From assembly GCA_020636545.1 (NCBI GenBank), contig JACJXS010000011.1, forward strand, positions 1,916 to 65,915: 64,000 nt of DNA, read 5' to 3'. The DNA comes from Chitinophagales bacterium. GTDB taxonomy: Bacteria > Bacteroidota > Bacteroidia > Chitinophagales > JADIYW01. The position numbers and the translations under genes are program-made. Shown piece after piece: positions 37,013 to 46,852 of this stretch (within the stretch, counting starts at the first letter, position 1; each line of letters opens with the position of its first letter). The notes below the pieces were generated by a model, which saw only the letters and a program-made list of their open reading frames with translations, searched no databases and was not told the DNA's origin.

Positions 37013-40000
37013 TTAATTTTTATACAATTTAGAATAGTAAATTTTGTTCTTATTTTGCAATCCTAAGATGTAAATATTATTAGATAATAATTGTATAGGA
37101 ATATCAATGCTATTTTTATTGCTATCTATTTGAATGTTTTTCTGAAAAACAACACGTCCATCTAATTGCACTAAAACCAAATTATAATTACCTAAAATTG
37201 AATTATTATGTTCAATATGTAATTGATTTTGACTAAAATAAGATTTAATTTGTAAAACATTTTTCTTTATGCCTGTCATATTCTCAAATTGAATGCTATC
37301 TACAAGCGATTGTATGCTAACACCAGAATTTAAGACCGCTTCTATACGATAATACAAAACCGTACCAATGGCAGCATTGCTATTATGTATAAAATAATAA
37401 TCAGAAGTATCTGAAATATTATGCAAACTATAAATACTGGCAATTTCTTGAAAATGCTGACCATCTATTGAATATTGAATATTATATTTTAAAACATTAG
37501 TATCACCAGTTGTATTCCAAGCTAAAATAGCATCATCGCCCATTTGATCTGCATCTAACGTTACAATCTGAGTGATTGGAACAAATGTTGGGTTGATAGC
37601 TTTTGAAGTCAAATAAAACTCACCAAATTTTTGCGTATTCATTTCAACATAATAGCCATTTTCAAATGGAACAAAATATAAACTATCGGTTGGGATTGAG
37701 ACAAAATCTCCTTTAATATAATTATTTTCAAATACTACATCTTGATTAAAGCCATTGTATCTTAATGCAGCAATATCCCGCATAGAAAATAATTGACTAT
37801 CTGTATTCAATAACATTAGGTATTCCTCATTTGTCAAATACAATCTAATTTTAAAATTTCCATCAACTTGATTTTCTGTATTAATACTCCAATTTCTTGG
37901 CAATAATGCTTTACCTTGATATTTCCTGACTTGATTACTTGCAAAATAGCCTACTGTTATATTTCCTAAGACTTTATTATCATCATAAATTTCGGCAATA
38001 ATTTTATCATCTTTCAAAATTGGTATCCAACCATTTCCATTAGAAACTGTATCAATAAATACAGAATCATTTAAAGGAATAGTATAATTTGTTGCATAAA
38101 CATGCCAATCATCAATAGCCAAACCTTCGCCAACTATACCTTCATCCGATTGCAACCTAACTCTAATAAATACATGTTGATTATTTAGTGTTGTATCAAT
38201 ATTTATTTTTGATGAAGCAACTTGCCAAGGCATCAATGTTTTATCCCATTTTGCTGCACCATTCATATTACCATAAAAATTAGTACCACAATTAGCACAA
38301 CCTATTCTATTCCATTCATTGCCATCAATAGAATATTCTGCCCAAGCTGAGTCATATAAGTTTTCAATATCTAATAAATGATTAAAGGCAACAGATGGTG
38401 TATTTTTAAGGCTTTGCATATTATAACAACCTAAATACAAACTCGAATTTTCACTATAATTATAAGTATCAAAAGTAGAATTCGTCCAAGCTTTATTGCC
38501 TTGAGCTGCCATTTTTGTATAAGTTTTATTTGGAGTACTCCAAGCCCAACTTGAGTTTTGTCCTTCTGGAATACATAAACTTGTTTGTTCAAAATTATTC
38601 AAGTAAGGCAACGAATCTATATATAAATTAGCAATAAAGCTTATTGCATCTGAAGTATCATTACCTTTATATTTGTCATCAACATCATCAGCAATAACGT
38701 GAACTACATATTTACCACTTTGAGTTATAGCTAAGGTTTGATTAAAAGTATAATCAAAAGTTTGATAAGGCAATATAATATCACTAATGGTTTCACTCAC
38801 TACATTTGCATTATCGACAATATAAGTAACTTTTAAGTTGCTTCGTGCTTGGTTACTTTGGTTGAGAATTTTAATTTTTATTGGAATATTTTTGGACTCA
38901 TTTAAGCATAAAATAGAGTCTTTTCCTTCTGTGCTATTTGCTAAGTCATTATTTGCAACATACAATTTAATATCATCAAAAGTATAACCTCCACTTTTCG
39001 TTAATTCATTACTAGCTTTAGTGTTTGTTGTAGCTAATTTAATTTGAAATGAAGAAGATACTGTTTGTCCATTATCTACATATAATAAATTGAATAGATT
39101 TATTGCTTGCACTCTATTATATTCTCCTTTAGGTGCTTTATTTTGAAATAAATTTAAAATTGGTATCCAAGTAGCCGTATCATTTCCTCTAGCATAAACA
39201 ATATTATCAGTCGCAGTCTCGCCGTGTTGCATAAAACTTAAATCCAAGTAAATAATCGAATCTATATAATTTGCTAAATTAAGCGTAATAATATGACTAC
39301 TTTTAATACTTCCAGTATTGCTATAATTATCTAAGGTCAATGCTCGTTTTCCAGACAATGCGTACATATTATCTCTAATTCTCCAACGACCATATTTGTC
39401 GGTATTAAAATCGGCGTATTCCATACCATCAATCCCAAAAATATTAGTACTATAAGTTGCTCCAGAATTTTCAAAAGATTCTGTCCATGGTAACGAAATT
39501 GGTTCGTTGGCTAAGTGCTTTAAAGTATAAACTAAGGTATCATTATTAGGCAATGTATCTAAAGAGAATGAAGAATATGCTTTTAAGTTATAATTTCCAG
39601 CTAAACTCATATCATAATCATTACTTGCTTGTACTTGAATCGTATCATTTGAGTTTATAGTTCTTGAAATTGTTGAAGTATATATTGTTCCTTCATTGAC
39701 TTGATAAGATAAATTAAAATTTGAAATCGGGTTTGAACCATAATTCTTAATTACAAAAACAGGTTTTACTTGATTGCCTAACTGAGAAGAGGTATGCATA
39801 CGACCGCCCATTGGATTTATTACTGTTAATACACCAATGTCGTTCAATTGAGAACATGCTGTAAAAGATGGCGTAAAAATCTTGGCAGTACTTTTATTAC
39901 TTTCTACACCATCAACTGTTGCAGTCATTTCAACAACATAAGATTTGCCATTTACTAATCCTGTAAGTTGATAACTTAATTTAGAAGTGGTATCTACTTT

Positions 40001-42196
40001 TCGCCAAACGAAATCATCAAAAACATAAATGGTATAATATTGTACATTTGGAATCGCTGGCCATTTTATATTTGCTGATTTATCACAAGGTGCAATTGTA
40101 ATAAAGTTTGCATTAGGTCTGAAATTGATATTAAATGTAGCATTTGATGAATCTGAAAACTGTGAATTTATTGCTTTAATCAAAGCATTTTTGGTATTTA
40201 TATTGGGTGTTGTCCACGTAAAAAATGCATCACGGCTATGTACATTTTTTATAAATGTCCAATTGATACCACTATCAATCGAATAATAAAAACTAAGAGA
40301 ATCTTCTACATTTCTTGTATTCCATGTAACGTTGAAGTTTGCTCCTGCATCTAATGTTTCTCCACCATCAGGATAGACAATATCAATACCATTATTTTCA
40401 AACGTATAACTTATGCTATATTGCTGTTGGTCAGTTACAATATCTGTTCCATTTACTAAAATGGTATATGTTCCAGCAAGTGCAGAATCCAAAGTTACAT
40501 ATTCTATATTATTCAAATTATCGATGCCTCTTTGTGCTGGATTTTGATAAAATATAGGATTTAAAACCCAGGGTAGAATGGTATCATTATTGGGCGTTAT
40601 TAATTTTAAATCTACATTATTTACTAAAATTTTATGTTGTAAAGGATAAGCAGCAGGGTCTGTCCAACATAAAGTAATTGAAACAAAATCAGCATTTTGA
40701 GTTAATGTAAATTGATGATTATTTTGATTTTGATTACTAATATTTCCAATAATAAATTTATTATCAATAATATTTTGAACTGCTTTTTTAGCATCAGGGC
40801 GACCAAAACCTGCTCCATAATCTAATCCTTTTCGATACATATCTTCAGCCGTATTACATAACACAGCTTTGACTAAGCTTGAAGGTGGCAGAACCCCATT
40901 TTGTAATTTATACTTTTGTTGAACTAAAGTTGCAATACCAGCTATTTGTGGAGCTGAAAATGAAGAACCATATACTGTTGAAAACGCAGTTCCTGGAGCA
41001 CTTGCAGTATATGCAAAACCTTTTGCCACTAATTCTGGTTTTAATCTACCATCTGTTGTTGGACCACGCCCACTTGTTTCTACCAACTTTTCATTCCGAT
41101 ATAAATATCCTACAGTTATTGCATTTTTAGTACCTTGGTATCCAATATCTAACGAATAAAAAGTATCATTAATTGCACAAAGATGAGCTGTATTTCCTGA
41201 GGCTACAACGTGTAAAACATTGGGATATTCATACGCTAACTTATCCATTTTACTAGCATCTAAAGTATATAAACCTGAAGCCGATTTACAATGTGATTGT
41301 TCAAAATTATAGGAATGATTGGTTACATTCAATTGGTATTTTGAAATTCCATCTTTAATTTCTTGAATAATATTTCCCCAATTATCCCAAGCATAAATAT
41401 TGGATTTAGATGCAGCACCACTATGCAAATAACTTGTATTTCCACACATAGCTGCTGCACCTGCAACTTGTGTTGGATGCACATTATAGGGCGAAAAACT
41501 CAATGTTTTATCAATATTAAAGACTCTGGTATCTTCTAAATTGATATGAGTTCCAATTGCGCCACCGTCCCAAATACCAATATTCATATTTTCTCCATTT
41601 AGATTCAGTCCTCCTTTTGAAATTGGCATATTGACACTTGGCAAACGATCCATAATATATGAATCTGAAACTAATAATTGTTTGTCTTTATAATCTTTGC
41701 TTATCAATAAGACAAAAGGTAACTGTGCAAGTTCTGCTATTTTACTGGTTGTAATTTGTAATTTATAAATATTGTCATCTTCTATAAAATCATATAAACT
41801 GACATTCAATGATTTTAATATTTCAATAGCATTTACTTTCTTAATTGTACTTGCAAATTGTACTTGTATATTTTGTATTGTAGCAGTTTTATCTATATCG
41901 TCAAATACTTTACTTTCAGGTTGTACATAATAAATTTTACTTGCAATTGAGTTAACTTTTTCTTTTGGAATATTAATTAGGTATTGATGATTTCCAATAT
42001 AAGTTTCAATATTTTTGGCGTATGATTTTGCTATACTTTCAGATACAACTATGTATGCTTTATCTTCGGAAACAAAAAGGTGATTGTCTAATTTTTTATT
42101 ATCGGAAGGTTGAATTTCAACCAATTGAATTGCTGAAAAAAGCAATGAATGTACACAAAATGTACACAACAGTAAAAGTAGCTTATTCCATTTCAT
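37013..42196 (-). CDS. giant S8 (subtilisin-family) serine peptidase with T9SS C-terminal sorting domain
   Basis: Catalytic triad contexts IGIWDGG (Asp), HPTQVAGAAA (His) and GSSFSAPQIAG (Ser). Multiple Ig/FN3-like modules and a C-terminal sorting domain. The signal peptide begins at the ATG at 42196 (track start 42250). Confidence 0.85.
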   Translation of the reverse strand: MKWNKLLLLLCTFCVHSLLFSAIQLVEIQPSDNKKLDNHLFVSEDKAYIVVSESIAKSYAKNIETYIGNHQYLINIPKEKVNSIASKIYYVQPESKVFDDIDKTATIQNIQVQFASTIKKVNAIEILKSLNVSLYDFIEDDNIYKLQITTSKIAELAQLPFVLLISKDYKDKQLLVSDSYIMDRLPSVNMPISKGGLNLNGENMNIGIWDGGAIGTHINLEDTRVFNIDKTLSFSPYNVHPTQVAGAAAMCGNTSYLHSGAASKSNIYAWDNWGNIIQEIKDGISKYQLNVTNHSYNFEQSHCKSASGLYTLDASKMDKLAYEYPNVLHVVASGNTAHLCAINDTFYSLDIGYQGTKNAITVGYLYRNEKLVETSGRGPTTDGRLKPELVAKGFAYTASAPGTAFSTVYGSSFSAPQIAGIATLVQQKYKLQNGVLPPSSLVKAVLCNTAEDMYRKGLDYGAGFGRPDAKKAVQNIIDNKFIIGNISNQNQNNHQFTLTQNADFVSITLCWTDPAAYPLQHKILVNNVDLKLITPNNDTILPWVLNPIFYQNPAQRGIDNLNNIEYVTLDSALAGTYTILVNGTDIVTDQQQYSISYTFENNGIDIVYPDGGETLDAGANFNVTWNTRNVEDSLSFYYSIDSGINWTFIKNVHSRDAFFTWTTPNINTKNALIKAINSQFSDSSNATFNINFRPNANFITIAPCDKSANIKWPAIPNVQYYTIYVFDDFVWRKVDTTSKLSYQLTGLVNGKSYVVEMTATVDGVESNKSTAKIFTPSFTACSQLNDIGVLTVINPMGGRMHTSSQLGNQVKPVFVIKNYGSNPISNFNLSYQVNEGTIYTSTISRTINSNDTIQVQASNDYDMSLAGNYNLKAYSSFSLDTLPNNDTLVYTLKHLANEPISLPWTESFENSGATYSTNIFGIDGMEYADFNTDKYGRWRIRDNMYALSGKRALTLDNYSNTGSIKSSHIITLNLANYIDSIIYLDLSFMQHGETATDNIVYARGNDTATWIPILNLFQNKAPKGEYNRVQAINLFNLLYVDNGQTVSSSFQIKLATTNTKASNELTKSGGYTFDDIKLYVANNDLANSTEGKDSILCLNESKNIPIKIKILNQSNQARSNLKVTYIVDNANVVSETISDIILPYQTFDYTFNQTLAITQSGKYVVHVIADDVDDKYKGNDTSDAISFIANLYIDSLPYLNNFEQTSLCIPEGQNSSWAWSTPNKTYTKMAAQGNKAWTNSTFDTYNYSENSSLYLGCYNMQSLKNTPSVAFNHLLDIENLYDSAWAEYSIDGNEWNRIGCANCGTNFYGNMNGAAKWDKTLMPWQVASSKINIDTTLNNQHVFIRVRLQSDEGIVGEGLAIDDWHVYATNYTIPLNDSVFIDTVSNGNGWIPILKDDKIIAEIYDDNKVLGNITVGYFASNQVRKYQGKALLPRNWSINTENQVDGNFKIRLYLTNEEYLMLLNTDSQLFSMRDIAALRYNGFNQDVVFENNYIKGDFVSIPTDSLYFVPFENGYYVEMNTQKFGEFYLTSKAINPTFVPITQIVTLDADQMGDDAILAWNTTGDTNVLKYNIQYSIDGQHFQEIASIYSLHNISDTSDYYFIHNSNAAIGTVLYYRIEAVLNSGVSIQSLVDSIQFENMTGIKKNVLQIKSYFSQNQLHIEHNNSILGNYNLVLVQLDGRVVFQKNIQIDSNKNSIDIPIQLLSNNIYILGLQNKNKIYYSKLYKN

Positions 42197-42266
42197 AATT
42201 TTATTTTTAGATATTACTACTAAAAATAATAAATATTTTGGATAAGTCAAATTAATAGAAAGTTTC

Positions 42267-42479
42267 TTATACTTTTAATTCTAAAATATTATTTGAAGTA
42301 CAAGCTATATTGCTAAATTTAAGCGTATCAAGTATTGCTATACTTTCCAACAATTCATGATATAGTTGTTCTAAATCAGTATCTATTTTCATTTCATTTA
42401 CAATCATTTCATTTTCTAATGTATTTGTTTCATTGTAAATAAATTTCAATAAAAAATCAGGTGTAAAAATATCTGACAT
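42267..42479 (-). CDS. small acidic hypothetical protein
   Basis: 70-aa ORF directly upstream of and co-oriented with the peptidase gene. No motif recognised. Confidence 0.4.
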   Translation of the reverse strand: MSDIFTPDFLLKFIYNETNTLENEMIVNEMKIDTDLEQLYHELLESIAILDTLKFSNIACTSNNILELKV

Positions 42480-42563
42480 AAAATTTCTTTTTAATCAATA
42501 ACGAAAAAAAAAGAAGAATATTGTATTCTAGAAAATTAAACACGCTAATTAAAAAAATTTCAA

Positions 42564-43505
42564 TTATTGTTTGTCAAAAAATGCATTAACATCATTCAAT
42601 ACTTTTTCAGGATACTCAGCCATTGGCACGTGTCCACAAGAATCATAAACTATCATAGTACTGTTTTTAATATCTTGATGAAAGCGTTCAGCAAATTTTG
42701 AGTTTATAATAATATCTTCTTTTCCCCAAAGTATTAATGTTGGAACTTGAATGTTTTTTATTTTATTTTGGTCAGGATAATTTTTAGAATTGGACATACA
42801 AATAATTTGTTCCAAAGCACCTTTTCTATTCCAAAAATCATTCATTCGCTGCGTTTTTTCAGCACTCAAATTGGATTTATGATAAAATACTCTATTCACC
42901 CCATTTTCTGTCATAAAATAAGGTACTCCTCTTTTTAAGAATGCAGTAATTATTGGGTTTTGAAATCTTTTAACACCTGCAGATTTTTCAACTTCTTTCA
43001 TATCGTAACCAGCACTATTCAACAGAACCAATTTCTTTACTTTATCAGGATGTTCTAATGTCAGTACCCACGACATCATTCCACCTAAGGAATTTCCCAT
43101 CACATAAAAACTATCTAAATGTAGCGTATCTATAAGAAAATTAAAATATTCATTATAAATAGAGTTAAAATCTGTTTGCGGTGTAGGTTTACCAGGAAAT
43201 TCTGACAAGCCAAATCCCGGCACATCAATTCTTATAACTTTATAATTTGGATTTAATAAGTGATCTAATTTTTCAAAATCTTTAAAACTTCCTCCAAATC
43301 CATGTATCATCAATATTGGGAAGCCTTTTCCACTTTCTGTATAATGAATTTCCGCACCTTTCCACTGTATAAATTTCGAGTTTGGTTCTTTATATTTTTC
43401 TTTTATATATTCACGTGATAAGGTCAAATCTTTTCTTAGAAAAAACACATAAATACCTACAAATAATAAGAGAATTAAAAAGAAAAAAAGTAGTTTTTTG
43501 AACAT
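42564..43505 (-). CDS. alpha/beta-fold hydrolase
   Basis: N-terminal TM anchor, HGFGGS oxyanion motif, nucleophile elbow GNSLGG, and C-terminal His (CGHVPM). Confidence 0.8.
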   Translation of the reverse strand: MFKKLLFFFLILLLFVGIYVFFLRKDLTLSREYIKEKYKEPNSKFIQWKGAEIHYTESGKGFPILMIHGFGGSFKDFEKLDHLLNPNYKVIRIDVPGFGLSEFPGKPTPQTDFNSIYNEYFNFLIDTLHLDSFYVMGNSLGGMMSWVLTLEHPDKVKKLVLLNSAGYDMKEVEKSAGVKRFQNPIITAFLKRGVPYFMTENGVNRVFYHKSNLSAEKTQRMNDFWNRKGALEQIICMSNSKNYPDQNKIKNIQVPTLILWGKEDIIINSKFAERFHQDIKNSTMIVYDSCGHVPMAEYPEKVLNDVNAFFDKQ

Positions 43506-43624
43506 AACTGAAATTTATAATTTATAAAAATAAGAAAATCAATTGGTATCTATATTTTAAAACAAGTTAAATTTGAATATAAAAATCCAAATGATTATTT
43601 TTGGATTCTTAATTTTTACAGCTA

Positions 43625-44011
43625 ATGGCAATCTCAATTTTTGATACGTTAATTAAAAAAGCGGAAGCATTAATTGCTTCAGATGGAAAAGTATCTCAAT
43701 TATTAGATGAGTTTTTTTTAATGGTAGGAAAATCAACTGAAAAATTATATAAAATTCAAGATTCTGTTGTTACATTAGGCAGATTGTTGAGAGCTTGGGT
43801 AAAAGGTGATTATAAAAACATCAGTACTTCCTCTATTATTGCTGCCGTTGCCGCAATTATTTACTTTGTAAATCCATTAGATTTAATACCTGATTTCATT
43901 CCAATTATTGGACAAATAGATGATATTTTAGTATTGGGTTATTTTGTAAAAATATTGAATAAAGAAATTGAGAAATTTATGGCTTGGGAAGCTGCCCAAG
44001 GCAATCAATAG
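43625..44011 (+). CDS. DUF1232 (YkvA-like) membrane protein
   Basis: Signature NPLDLIPDFIPIIGQIDDILV. Confidence 0.7.
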   Translation: MAISIFDTLIKKAEALIASDGKVSQLLDEFFLMVGKSTEKLYKIQDSVVTLGRLLRAWVKGDYKNISTSSIIAAVAAIIYFVNPLDLIPDFIPIIGQIDDILVLGYFVKILNKEIEKFMAWEAAQGNQ

Positions 44012-44068
44012 GTCATCTTGATTAATATTGATTACTAATAAAAGCTTATTGGTTCTGCTTTATTTGTA

Positions 44069-44731
44069 TTAATTGCGACTAACTAATTTCAATTGTGCTA
44101 TTGTCTCAATAGGATTTTCTGATTTAAAAACGGCATTTCCAGCTACCAAAATATTAGCACCAGCTGCTACTAATTGTTTTGCATTTTGCAATCCAACGCC
44201 GCCATCAATTTCTATTAAAGCTTTGCTTTTATTTTTGGTAATTAAGTCTTTTAATTTTTCCACTTTTTTATAAGTATTTTCAATAAAAGATTGTCCGCCA
44301 AAACCTGGATTCACACTCATCACACAAACTAAATCTATATCAGCAACAATATCTTCCAATAAACTAATATTTGTATGTGGATTGATGGCTACACCAGCTT
44401 TCATTCCTGCATTTTTTATTGCTTGTATAGTTCTGTGTAAATGCGTACAAGCTTCGTAATGAACTGTCAAAATATCAGCACCAATTTCTTTAAATTGTTG
44501 AATATAATTTTGAGGTTCTACAATCATTAAATGAACATCAAAAGTTTTGTTACTCAATTTTTTCATAGCTTGAATTACAGGTAATCCAAATGAAATATTA
44601 GGTACAAAAACACCGTCCATTACATCAATATGAATAAATTCAGCCTCACTTTCGTTCAGCATTTTAAAATCAGCTTCTAAATTGGCAAAATTTGCAGATA
44701 AAACCGATGGAGCTATTATTGGAAAATTCAT
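44069..44731 (-). CDS. rpe: ribulose-phosphate 3-epimerase
   Basis: IIAPSVLSANF, HIDVMDG, DVHLM and MSVNPGFGGQ motifs. ATG at 44731 preferred over the TTG at 44737. Confidence 0.9.
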   Translation of the reverse strand: MNFPIIAPSVLSANFANLEADFKMLNESEAEFIHIDVMDGVFVPNISFGLPVIQAMKKLSNKTFDVHLMIVEPQNYIQQFKEIGADILTVHYEACTHLHRTIQAIKNAGMKAGVAINPHTNISLLEDIVADIDLVCVMSVNPGFGGQSFIENTYKKVEKLKDLITKNKSKALIEIDGGVGLQNAKQLVAAGANILVAGNAVFKSENPIETIAQLKLVSRN

Positions 44732-44750
44732 GTACAAAGATACATTTTTT

Positions 44751-45308
44751 TCAGTATTTATTACTGTACATTGCTATTTGTATTTTTTCAATTTGTTTAA
44801 AATGTCTGACAATATGATTAATAAAAAACTGAAATGTATCGCCCAACTTTAATTTCAATAGACTTGATATTGACGTCTCAATTTTTATCTTATTTAAACT
44901 AACATTTTTGGCTTGATGGAGAATAGAAATTAACTTTTTTTGCTGACTTAAAAACTTATCAATTACGCTTTTATCAAGTTGTGCATTCAAAGGATTTTTA
45001 TCTTTAAAAGTCTTCATTTTATTTAGTTTTTCTTTAGGCAACATACTTTCTGCAAAGTAATTTCCCAATAATCCACTTTTAATATCGAGTTCAGATTTTG
45101 TTTTAGAATTTTTGATTTTAGTTTCAATCTGTAACAAATAAAAATCTCCGTATAAATTTAGATGCTCCAAACATTCCAAAATATTCCAAGACGTATTATT
45201 TTCTCTCCAAGTCAAAATATCCAAATCAAAGGTTTTAAATTTTTCAGCTTGATATGTAATTTGATTAGTTTGCTCTATTAATGATTGTAATAATTTTTCT
45301 GATTGCAT
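44751..45308 (-). CDS. DinB-family four-helix-bundle protein
   Basis: WNILECLEHL and INHIVRHFKQI histidine motifs typical of DinB-like proteins. ATG at 45308 preferred over the TTG at 45326. Confidence 0.55.
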   Translation of the reverse strand: MQSEKLLQSLIEQTNQITYQAEKFKTFDLDILTWRENNTSWNILECLEHLNLYGDFYLLQIETKIKNSKTKSELDIKSGLLGNYFAESMLPKEKLNKMKTFKDKNPLNAQLDKSVIDKFLSQQKKLISILHQAKNVSLNKIKIETSISSLLKLKLGDTFQFFINHIVRHFKQIEKIQIAMYSNKY

Positions 45309-45363
45309 AATTAAAATTTTATGCAAAGTTTTAAAATGTTTTTCTGATAAACATTGATTGTAA

Positions 45364-45870
45364 TCAAGACTTTTTTAATCGAGATAATGTTTCGGCACTC
45401 ATTCTCAAATAATTGGCAATATATCTGTCTGGTATTTCTTGAAATAATTGGGGGCTTCTCTGCAAAACCCTTTCGTATCTTTCTTTTGGTGAATTTACCA
45501 AAAGATCAATTTCTCGTTCCATTTGTTGAAGCACCAAGTTTTCTAAGATTTTTGTCCATAAATTTCTATTTTTCTCAATTTCTAAAAAACGTATAAATTG
45601 CTGTTTACTTATAACTTTTACAACTGTTTTTTTTATTGCCTGAATAGAAAATCCCGAAGATTTTCCTGTTAAAAAAGAATCTAATGCAACAAATATATTG
45701 TCTTTGTATGCAAACCTAATAATTTGTTCTCCAACATCATCAGAGATAAAAATTCTTAAACTTCCGCTTTCAACAAAATAAATATTTGTATCAATACTGC
45801 CACTCAATTTTAGAAATTCATTTCTGTCTATTGTTACTGTTTTATCTGAGAACTCAATAATTTCTTTCAT
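45364..45870 (-). CDS. Crp/Fnr-family regulator (cyclic-nucleotide-binding domain, short form)
   Basis: cNMP-binding beta-barrel pattern (YFVESGSLRIF...) followed by a C-terminal HTH-like IANYLRMSAETLSRLKK. Confidence 0.65.
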   Translation of the reverse strand: MKEIIEFSDKTVTIDRNEFLKLSGSIDTNIYFVESGSLRIFISDDVGEQIIRFAYKDNIFVALDSFLTGKSSGFSIQAIKKTVVKVISKQQFIRFLEIEKNRNLWTKILENLVLQQMEREIDLLVNSPKERYERVLQRSPQLFQEIPDRYIANYLRMSAETLSRLKKS

Positions 45871-45919
45871 TGTTTAAACTCACTAAAATATAAAAAATGA
45901 TAATGAAAGTAAATGATTT

Positions 45920-46216
45920 TTAGTAATTAGGCAAATCGAATGCAGAAAGTGGTTCGTCTTTGTCTTTTGGATCTAATTTTAATTCTTTTGGTTTTACAAT
46001 TTCATTTTCTGGCACCCAATAACCTTCTGAGTTTTTTGCTAAACCTTCATCTTCATAAACATAAACACCACGTTGCCAATCATAACCAATTGTTTTTCTT
46101 GTAGTGTCTCTAACAGCAGGTGTGTATGTATCTTTTTTTTCTTCTTTGGTAAAAATAACTTGCAATAAAGCGATAGCAATTAAAGATAAAAATACATATT
46201 TAAACAACTGTCCCAT
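45920..46216 (-). CDS. small membrane-anchored hypothetical protein
   Basis: 98 aa with an N-terminal TM helix. No recognised motif. Confidence 0.45.
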   Translation of the reverse strand: MGQLFKYVFLSLIAIALLQVIFTKEEKKDTYTPAVRDTTRKTIGYDWQRGVYVYEDEGLAKNSEGYWVPENEIVKPKELKLDPKDKDEPLSAFDLPNY

Positions 46217-46283
46217 GATATAAATATATGTTTTTTATTTGATATAATTCAATTTAAACAAATTATCAAACCTATCATCAAAA

Positions 46284-46688
46284 TTACTTACTCATTTCCA
46301 AAATTTCATCAAATTCGGCTTTGGTTACATCAATAACCGACAATCTACTTTGTTTAATAATTTTCATTTCAGCTAATTTAGGATTGGCTTTTATTGCAGC
46401 CAAACTTACAGGATTTTTAAGTTTTTTTATTGGAGCAACATCTACACAAACCCATCTAGTTTCATCAGTTGTTGGATCTTGATAAGCTTCTTTTACAATT
46501 TTCACAATACCAACAATTTCCTTTCCAATATTAGAATGATAAAAAAAAGCTTTATCTCCTACTTTCATTGACTGCATATTATTTCGTGCTGTATAATTTC
46601 GCACACCGTCCCAATGTTCCTGTCCTTTTGCTATCAAATCGTCAAAACTAAACACATCAGGTTCAGATTTCATTAACCAATATTTCAT
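46284..46688 (-). CDS. EVE (PUA-like) domain protein
   Basis: MKYWLMKSEPDVFSFDDL...WDGVRNYTARNNM is the canonical EVE N-terminus, 134 aa. Confidence 0.85.
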   Translation of the reverse strand: MKYWLMKSEPDVFSFDDLIAKGQEHWDGVRNYTARNNMQSMKVGDKAFFYHSNIGKEIVGIVKIVKEAYQDPTTDETRWVCVDVAPIKKLKNPVSLAAIKANPKLAEMKIIKQSRLSVIDVTKAEFDEILEMSK

Positions 46689-46778
46689 AATACTTTTTAT
46701 TTAGAATTGATATAAATATAGTGTTGTAAATTAATCATTTTTAAACAATAAAGCATTGAAAAATCATTAAAAATTGAG

Positions 46779-46786
46779 TACATTTG
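46779..46786 (+). promoter_or_regulatory. TAnnTTTG -7 box (tacatttg) upstream of acnB
   Basis: Exact consensus match, 67 nt before the preferred acnB ATG. Confidence 0.4.
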
Positions 46787-46852
46787 CCGTCGCAAATAAA
46801 TTTTATCAAAATACAGACGAATACGTCTATCATATTAAAAAAAACTTCTATT

